In this document: piece after piece, positions 59,660 through 64,000 of the stretch
How positions within the stretch are numbered: position 1 is the first letter of the stretch
Layout of the letters: each line of letters begins with the position of its first letter
Origin: Acidimicrobiales bacterium
GTDB lineage: Bacteria > Actinomycetota > Acidimicrobiia > Acidimicrobiales > Aldehydirespiratoraceae
Length of the DNA stretch: 64,000 nt
Assembly: GCA_033344915.1 (NCBI GenBank)
Contig: JAWPML010000001.1
Span: forward strand, 1,048,369-1,112,368
Direction of reading: 5' to 3'
Position numbers and translations under genes: made by a program
Notes under the pieces: model-generated
The model's database searches: none
What the model was told of the DNA's origin: nothing
What the model saw: the letters and a program-made list of their open reading frames with translations, nothing else

Positions 59660-61123
59660 ATGGTCGGGGCCTACGCTGACGCCGTGGCGACCACGGTTCG
59701 GGGGCTTCTGGAGCGACGATGGGCTCCCGCGGTCGTGTTCGCGTCCGCGATCGCGGTGCTGCGGCTCCCGAGTTTCGTCAACCAGTTGTTCGACCCGGAC
59801 GAAGCGGCGATCTCCGCCCAGGCGATCGGTCTGTGGCGGGGCGGCGAGCTGTACGTCGACGGGATCGACCGCAAGCCACCGATCGCCGCGTTCGTCTACG
59901 AGTGGAGCCATCGCGTCGTCGGCAGCACCGACCTTCGCCCGCTCCATGCTCTCGCCGCGATCCTGCTCCTCGTCGCTGCCCTCGTGATCGCCCGGGAGGC
60001 CCGTCGCCACGGTGGTCGTGAGGCGATGTGGTGGGGAGGCGCGCTGATGATCGGTGGCGCGCTGGCGATGGTGCCGGTCGACGCGCAGGCCGCCAACTAC
60101 AGCCACCTCGCGATGCCGTTCGGCGCGGTGGCGATCGTCGCGGCCCGACGGGGCACGGACCGCGCCGCGCTCGTCGCGGGACTCGCCCTGGCGGTCGCGA
60201 CCCTCACGCGACAGACGTGGGCGATCGGCGTGCTCCCCGCGACGGTCGCGATCTGGCGCTTCGGTTCGTGGCGCCGTCACCTGCCGATCGCGTTCGTGGG
60301 CGGACTGATCCCGATCGGCCTCGTCGCTCTCGCCGTGCCCTGGGACGACTTCACCTACTGGGCGTTCGAGAGCAACGGGAGCTTCGTGCTGGCCGGCGCC
60401 GAGCCGGGCCGGGTGGTCGGTCGCGCCCTGGTGAGCCTCGGCATTTTCGTGGCGTTCCATCTCGTTGCCGTGCTCGTGGCGGGGCGGGCGCCACGGCGGG
60501 AGAACGTCGACCTCTGGCTGTGGATCGCCACCGGCCTCGTCGCTGTCGCCGCCGGGTACCGGTTCTACGGGCACTACTGGCTCCAGGTGGTGCCGCCGCT
60601 CGCGCTGCTGGCCGCGATCGAGATGCGGACGCTGGCGCCGCGTCGGCAACGACACGCGGGCGTGGTCGTGGGCGCGACCGCGGTCGTCGCGCTCCTCCTC
60701 GCCTGGACGCCGTCGACCGTGCGCGACCTGCCCGACCCGGGCCCGCTGTCCGAGTTCGTGGTCGCCCACTCGGGGGAGAACGAGACCGTCCTCGTCTGGG
60801 GCAACTTCCCGGAGGTCTACTGGGACGCGGAACGACGGCCGGCCGGTGGCTTCGTGAGCATGGACTTCGTGACCGGTCGCTCCGGGGCGCGCGACAACGG
60901 CCCCCACACGATCGTCGACGCGCCCGATCGCGGGTACCCGCATCTCCTGGCCGCACTCGACGCCGAGTTGCCCGCCGTCATCATCGACACGCAGCCGTCG
61001 GCCTTTCGGGAGTACGGCGTCTATCCGATGGCGTTGTTCCCCGAACTCGCGGCCCTCGTCGACGACCACTACGACGACCCGGTCGAGGTCGACGGGTTCA
61101 CCGTCTACGTGCGGCGCCCGTGA
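59660..61123 (+). CDS. GT-C fold membrane glycosyltransferase (ArnT/PMT-like, GT39/GT83-type architecture)
   Basis: This is the tail of track ORF 58259..61123: MVGAYADAV...VVFASAIAVLRL (TM1), then the loop FDPDEAAISAQAIGLWRGGELYVDGIDRKPP (acidic DE motif after TM1, as in GT-C enzymes). About 10 further hydrophobic spans follow, then a C-terminal soluble part ...VLVWGNFPEVYW. Confidence 0.7.
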   Translation: MVGAYADAVATTVRGLLERRWAPAVVFASAIAVLRLPSFVNQLFDPDEAAISAQAIGLWRGGELYVDGIDRKPPIAAFVYEWSHRVVGSTDLRPLHALAAILLLVAALVIAREARRHGGREAMWWGGALMIGGALAMVPVDAQAANYSHLAMPFGAVAIVAARRGTDRAALVAGLALAVATLTRQTWAIGVLPATVAIWRFGSWRRHLPIAFVGGLIPIGLVALAVPWDDFTYWAFESNGSFVLAGAEPGRVVGRALVSLGIFVAFHLVAVLVAGRAPRRENVDLWLWIATGLVAVAAGYRFYGHYWLQVVPPLALLAAIEMRTLAPRRQRHAGVVVGATAVVALLLAWTPSTVRDLPDPGPLSEFVVAHSGENETVLVWGNFPEVYWDAERRPAGGFVSMDFVTGRSGARDNGPHTIVDAPDRGYPHLLAALDAELPAVIIDTQPSAFREYGVYPMALFPELAALVDDHYDDPVEVDGFTVYVRRP

Positions 61124-61338
61124 GCGGGCCCGTTCGTCAGCAGCAGGGCGCCGGCGTCAGGCGGGGTTGACGGCGCAGTGTCGGCATGAGCCGTCGCATC
61201 CTCCACCGGAGCGGCGCACGGCAGCGGGGACTTGCGAGCGCGGCCCGCTGGACACCGCGTTCGACACGGCGACGGTGCTCGTCGAGCACGAACCCGGGAT
61301 CGTGGTGCGGGAGCATGGTCCCACGATCGCTCGACCGG

Positions 61339-61393
61339 CTGTACAGTACAAGCGACGAGTTCTGAACATATAACGTAAGCAGGACTTTACAAT
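61339..61393. promoter_or_regulatory. AT-rich segment with palindromes and a -10-like hexamer upstream of the LysR gene
   Basis: CTGTACAG is a perfect 8-bp palindrome at 61339-61346, contained in TGTAC-A-GTACA (61340-61350). TACAAT lies at 61388-61393, 33 nt upstream of the LysR GTG. TGAACA at 61363-61368 is a weak -35 candidate with a long 19-nt spacer. This is the most AT-rich stretch I noticed in the window. Confidence 0.3.
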
Positions 61394-61426
61394 ACATGCC
61401 GAAACGCCGTCGCCGAAGGGGGACCC

Positions 61427-62314
61427 GTGGAACTGACGCTCCAACACCTGCGACTCCTGCGCGAGGTCGCCCGCCGTTCCACCATCACGGCGGCCGCCGA
61501 CTCGCTCGGGTACACGCGGTCCGCGGTCTCCCAGCAGCTGATGGGGCTGGAGAAGTCGACCGGTGTCGCCGTCCTCGAGCGGGTTGGACGCGGCGTGCGG
61601 CTCACCGACGCGGGCCGCGAACTGGTCCGACACGCCGACGAGGTCCTCGACGGTATGGAAGCGGCCCAGGCCGCGTTGGAGGCCGTGGCCACCTCGGTGC
61701 GGGGAACGCTCGTCATCGGGATCTACGAATCCGTTGCCGCGACTCTGCTCGCGCCGCTCGTCGAGCGCCTCGCGATCGACCACCCGGACCTGCGCGTGCG
61801 CAGCCGCGAGCTCGACCCGGACGACGCGTTCGACGCCGTCGGCCACGGCGACGTCGACCTCGCGTTCACGCTGGACTATCCGCACGACCCGGTCCCGCGC
61901 CCCGACGACATCGCGAAGACCAGCATCGCCGAGGAGTCGTTCCTCGCGGTCCTTCCGGCCTCGGTTCGCGCGAAAGACGTGATCGACCTGGCGACGCTCG
62001 CCGAATGCCAGTTCGTCGCGCCGAACCCGTCGTCCGCCTGCGGGCGGGCCGTCATGATCGCCTGTCGTGACGCCGGATTCGAACCCGACGTCGCCCACCA
62101 GGTCGATGGCTATCCCGCCACACTCGACCTCGTCGCGGCGGGGTGCGGCGTGGCGCTGGTCCCGGAACGGTCGGTCCTGCCTCGCCCGGGCACGCATGCG
62201 GCGCGGCTCGCCCGACCGGTCACGAGGACGATCGAGGTGTCGCATCGCGTGTCGAGCGCAGACCGGCCCATGATCCGCGCCGCGATCGACACGCTGCTCG
62301 ACCTCACCCGCTGA
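61427..62314 (+). CDS. LysR-family transcriptional regulator
   Basis: MELTLQHLRLLREVARRSTITAAADSLGYTRSAVSQQLMGLEKSTGVAVLERVGRGVRLTDAGRELV (winged HTH) plus a C-terminal LysR substrate-binding domain. Confidence 0.92.
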   Translation: MELTLQHLRLLREVARRSTITAAADSLGYTRSAVSQQLMGLEKSTGVAVLERVGRGVRLTDAGRELVRHADEVLDGMEAAQAALEAVATSVRGTLVIGIYESVAATLLAPLVERLAIDHPDLRVRSRELDPDDAFDAVGHGDVDLAFTLDYPHDPVPRPDDIAKTSIAEESFLAVLPASVRAKDVIDLATLAECQFVAPNPSSACGRAVMIACRDAGFEPDVAHQVDGYPATLDLVAAGCGVALVPERSVLPRPGTHAARLARPVTRTIEVSHRVSSADRPMIRAAIDTLLDLTR

Positions 62315-62346
62315 CCCCACCCGAACCGACCCCAAAATCCCGAACG

Positions 62347-62385
62347 GGTGGGAACCGATCGGGCTTGGCCCGATCAGTTCCCACC
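62347..62385. terminator. long GC-rich stem-loop between the convergent LysR gene and ssrA (candidate bidirectional terminator)
   Basis: GGTGGGAAC-C-GATCGGGC-TTG-GCCCGATC-A-GTTCCCACC pairs as 9 bp plus 8 bp around a 1x1 mismatch, with a triloop. It lies 32 nt after the LysR stop and 33 nt after the tmRNA 3' end. There is no clear U-tract. Confidence 0.55.
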
Positions 62386-62418
62386 AGTTCGTCAGTGTGA
62401 AGGACGTTCCGCGGGGCG

Positions 62419-62807
62419 TGGAGCTGGAGGGAATCGAACCCTCGTCCGTCAGGTGGTTACCCGACGCGATACGACCGTTCCCGTGAACGTGGGTTGTGGC
62501 TCCCACCCTGCCGGGTCAGGCGGGCCACGAGGGCCCCGCCACCGAGTCTTTCCTCGGGGTCAGCGGTCTTTGCCGGCTGTCAGTGGTCTTTCCCTACCGT
62601 CCACCACTGCTTCTGGTGACAGGCTGCAGTGGTCAGGCCCCGCGTGCCATTGCTGGTCGCGATGACTCTCTACCTACTGACTGGGTCAGGCGGCGAGAGC
62701 GAGATCGTCCGAATCGGCGTCTCTGTTGGTGCCCCGTTTAGAGAGTCTGAGCAACTCTGGTCGCACGTCGTTGCATCCTGGTCCCAACGTCGAAACCGAT
62801 CAGCCCC
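62419..62807 (-). ncRNA. ssrA: transfer-messenger RNA (tmRNA)
   Basis: The minus-strand 5' end is GGGGCUGAUCGGUUUCGACG and the 3' end is ...GACGAGGGUUCGAUUCCCUCCAGCUCCA. The acceptor stem GGGGCUG/CAGCUCC has the G3.U pair, the T-arm is GAGGG-UUCGAUU-CCCUC, and CCA is not encoded. The tag frame ends ...GAC GCC GAU UCG GAC GAU CUC GCU CUC GCC GCC UGA (stop at 62688-62686). The likely tag is ADSDDLALAA, with the resume codon GCC at 62718-62716. Confidence 0.93.
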
Positions 62808-62907
62808 GTGGTGCTGTTCTGATTGTCAAGCAGCACACTCAGGCTACCGTCCCCGGCGGCCGGATGTTTCCCGCCCCGCGGTCGAGGGACGCGGTAACTT
62901 CGTCGGC

Positions 62908-64000
62908 ATGGGTACGGCTGACGACGGCGTGGACATGCACAAGAAGGAGCGGATGGAGACGTCCGCGGAGATCTGGGCCCCGGGCGGCCCCGTCGAGGAC
63001 TGGATGACGGACTACGACATCCGTGACCCGGCCTACGTCGAGGATCCGGTGCCGATCTGGGCCGAGATGCGCGAGAAGTGCCCGATCGCCCACACCGACC
63101 GACTCGGGGGCTCGTGGAATCCGACTCGGTTCGACGACGTACGGGCGATGGCGAAGATGGTGCCGGAGCTGTCGTCGCGGCAGATCCTCGTGATGCCGGG
63201 TGCGCCGGGCATGCCGGAGATGTCGCGCTACGAACAGCAGATCGCGGCGGCGCCGATCACCGCCGACCCGCCGATCCACGACTGGACGCGCCGCATGCTG
63301 CTGCCGGCGTTCGCGCCGAAGGCCGTGCTGAGTTACGAGGCGTACACCGAGGAATTGTGCCACGACCTGATCGACGGGTTCATCGAGCAGGGGCAGTGCG
63401 ACGGCGCGGTCGACTACTCGCAGCAGATTCCGCCCCGCGTCATCGCCCACATGATCGGGATCGATCCGGGTATGGCCGACCAGTTCGTGATCTGGGTCAA
63501 CGGCGTCCTCGGTGAGGGGCTGAACGATCCGGAGCTCCGCCTGCGCACCCGCGACGAGCTGCTCGGCTTCATCGGGGAGGAGGTCGCCAAGCGCCAGTCC
63601 GACCCGCAGGAGGACCTGCTCACCGAGTTGCTGTTCATGGAGATCGACCACCCCGACGCGAACATCACGCCCGAGGTCGTCGTCGGCATCACCAACCTCC
63701 TGATCGTTGCCGGGATCGACACCACGTGGAGCTCGATCGGGTCCGCCCTGTGGCACCTGGGGACGAACCCGAGCGATCTCGAGCGGCTCCGCGACGAGCC
63801 GGATCTCCTGCCGATCGCGGTCGAGGAGTTCCTGCGTTACTACGCGCCGGTCACGATGGCGCGGGTGGCGGACGTGGACGTGGAGATCGGCGACGTGTGC
63901 ATCCACGCGGGCGACAAGGTGCTGATGAACTTCCCGGCGGCGAACCACGATCCGGAGCACTTCGAGAACCCCGACGAGTTCATCATCGACCGGGCCCGCA
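62908..64000 (+). CDS. cytochrome P450, 3'-truncated by the window edge
   Basis: Not in the ORF track because it is edge-truncated. My own translation from ATG 62908 reads MGTADDGVDMHKKE...DPPIHDWTRRMLLPAF...ITNLLIVAGIDTTWSSIGSALWHL (I-helix AGxDTT)...AVEEFLRYYAPV (K-helix ExxR)...MNFPAANHDPEHFENPDEF. The haem-Cys loop lies beyond the window. Confidence 0.9.
   Translation, partial: MGTADDGVDMHKKERMETSAEIWAPGGPVEDWMTDYDIRDPAYVEDPVPIWAEMREKCPIAHTDRLGGSWNPTRFDDVRAMAKMVPELSSRQILVMPGAPGMPEMSRYEQQIAAAPITADPPIHDWTRRMLLPAFAPKAVLSYEAYTEELCHDLIDGFIEQGQCDGAVDYSQQIPPRVIAHMIGIDPGMADQFVIWVNGVLGEGLNDPELRLRTRDELLGFIGEEVAKRQSDPQEDLLTELLFMEIDHPDANITPEVVVGITNLLIVAGIDTTWSSIGSALWHLGTNPSDLERLRDEPDLLPIAVEEFLRYYAPVTMARVADVDVEIGDVCIHAGDKVLMNFPAANHDPEHFENPDEFIIDRAR

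Noticed and set aside
61157-61369. The Cys-rich 70-aa minus-strand frame (…GSCSTSTVAVSNAVSS…GGGCDGSCRHCAVNPA) as a possible RiPP or lanthipeptide-like precursor divergent from LysR.
   Set aside because: In this frame the low-GC phase does not fall on codon position 2, so the codon-position GC pattern is wrong for coding. No modification enzyme genes (LanM/LanB/YcaO/rSAM) are nearby. I keep it only as part of the unresolved-gap finding.
61124-62418. A classical integrative genomic island or prophage at the ssrA 3' end.
   Set aside because: There is no integrase, excisionase or phage gene next to ssrA. I noticed no duplicate of the ssrA 3' sequence GGTTCGATTCCCTCCAGCTCCA elsewhere in the window, although this was only an eye scan. 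The neighbouring genes are ordinary high-GC metabolic genes.

Overview
This is a high-GC, Actinomycetota-type chromosomal segment that is almost entirely coding. I can support about 57 protein genes, two of them truncated by the window edges, plus one tmRNA. I saw no rRNA, tRNA, CRISPR array, transposase or integrase. Many long ORFs in the six-frame track are antisense or out-of-frame shadow ORFs typical of high-GC DNA; several track ORFs also carry spurious N-terminal extensions, which I trimmed.

**Left two thirds (1-48.6 kb): conserved actinobacterial cell-envelope-sugar and housekeeping neighbourhood.**
- Biotin carboxylase genes and birA.
- An LCP ligase.
- A near-complete nucleotide-sugar supply: ugd and uxs; manA, a SIS isomerase, phosphomannomutase and GDP-Man pyrophosphorylase; gmd, fcl and an rmd-like reductase; galE.
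- Three GT4 glycosyltransferases.
- A 1027-aa GT2::polytopic-membrane fusion, translationally coupled to a DUF5719-like protein.
- A YfhO-like GT-C membrane protein of about 1077 aa, translationally coupled to a GtrA::GT2 fusion.
- cofD-cofE (F420) fused by overlapping codons onto the rmd-gmd operon.
- ftsH, DUF3499, a CPBP protease, ahcY, comF-hpf, an orphan LuxR response regulator, secA, prfB and ftsEX.

**Right third (48.6-64 kb): accessory-looking metabolic and exported-enzyme block.** It contains an LLM oxidoreductase, an APH-type kinase, an alpha/beta-fold protein lacking the nucleophile, two amidohydrolases, a class III cyclase, an SDR, an acyl-CoA dehydrogenase, DoxX, a Thr-rich lipoprotein esterase, a second GT-C and a LysR regulator. 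It ends in ssrA on the opposite strand and a truncated P450.

**Best candidates for poorly described biology:**
- The two translationally coupled membrane glycosylation modules (18281-22770 and 26623-31013).
- A possible protein O-glycosylation neighbourhood (56.8-61.1 kb).
- The sugar-nucleotide/F420 operon with a single-domain CofE.
- An unresolved AT-rich island at 61.1-61.4 kb.

All family calls come from reading motifs by eye and from remembered family signatures. No database search was run.
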